Positions 63,916 through 64,000 of a stretch of DNA of 64,000 nt are shown here, piece by piece. Under the pieces are notes generated by a model that saw nothing but the letters and a program-made list of their open reading frames with translations, searched no databases and was not told the DNA's origin. Each line of letters begins with the position of its first letter. Positions within the stretch are counted from its first letter, which is position 1. The position numbers and the translations under genes were made by a program. The stretch lies in the IMG/VR virus record IMGVR_UViG_3300049793_000366, positions 372,001-436,000 of that record; one strand, written 5' to 3'.

Positions 63916-64000
63916 ATGCGCTTTAAAATTATATGCAATGACAAGGAGTTCGAACACGAAGTCTCTGTTAAAAATATTACTTACTTTGGTAAACCAGGTA

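Overview
A 64 kb segment of a giant, AT-rich, T4-like bacteriophage. The host is most likely Bacteroidota: many promoters match the TTTG(-33)/TAnnTTTG(-7) consensus, and SerRS, IF3, HU and CspA look Bacteroidota-like. The genetic code appears standard. The left end holds divergent topoisomerase II subunits, an RNA ligase and virion genes. Most of the rest is a translation island: 12 aminoacyl-tRNA synthetases (Asp, Pro, Gln, Val, Lys, Trp, Ser, His, Phe, Gly, Ala, Tyr; several lack editing or anticodon-binding domains), about 47 tRNA and tRNA-like genes, a minimal RNase P RNA, IF3, YqeY, a bL12-like domain, RNA-repair enzymes, homing endonucleases and at least three large structured ncRNAs (one GOLLD-like). 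The most striking result is a set of eight leader-peptide transcription attenuators, none in the ORF track. Each has a short ORF, an antiterminator-competent segment and an intrinsic terminator. In each, the control codons match the amino acids, often the codon families, of the tRNAs and synthetases downstream. Two further Lys-rich mini-ORFs sit before hairpins that could sequester the adjacent tRNA-Lys. All RNA folds and family calls were made by eye and need computational confirmation.
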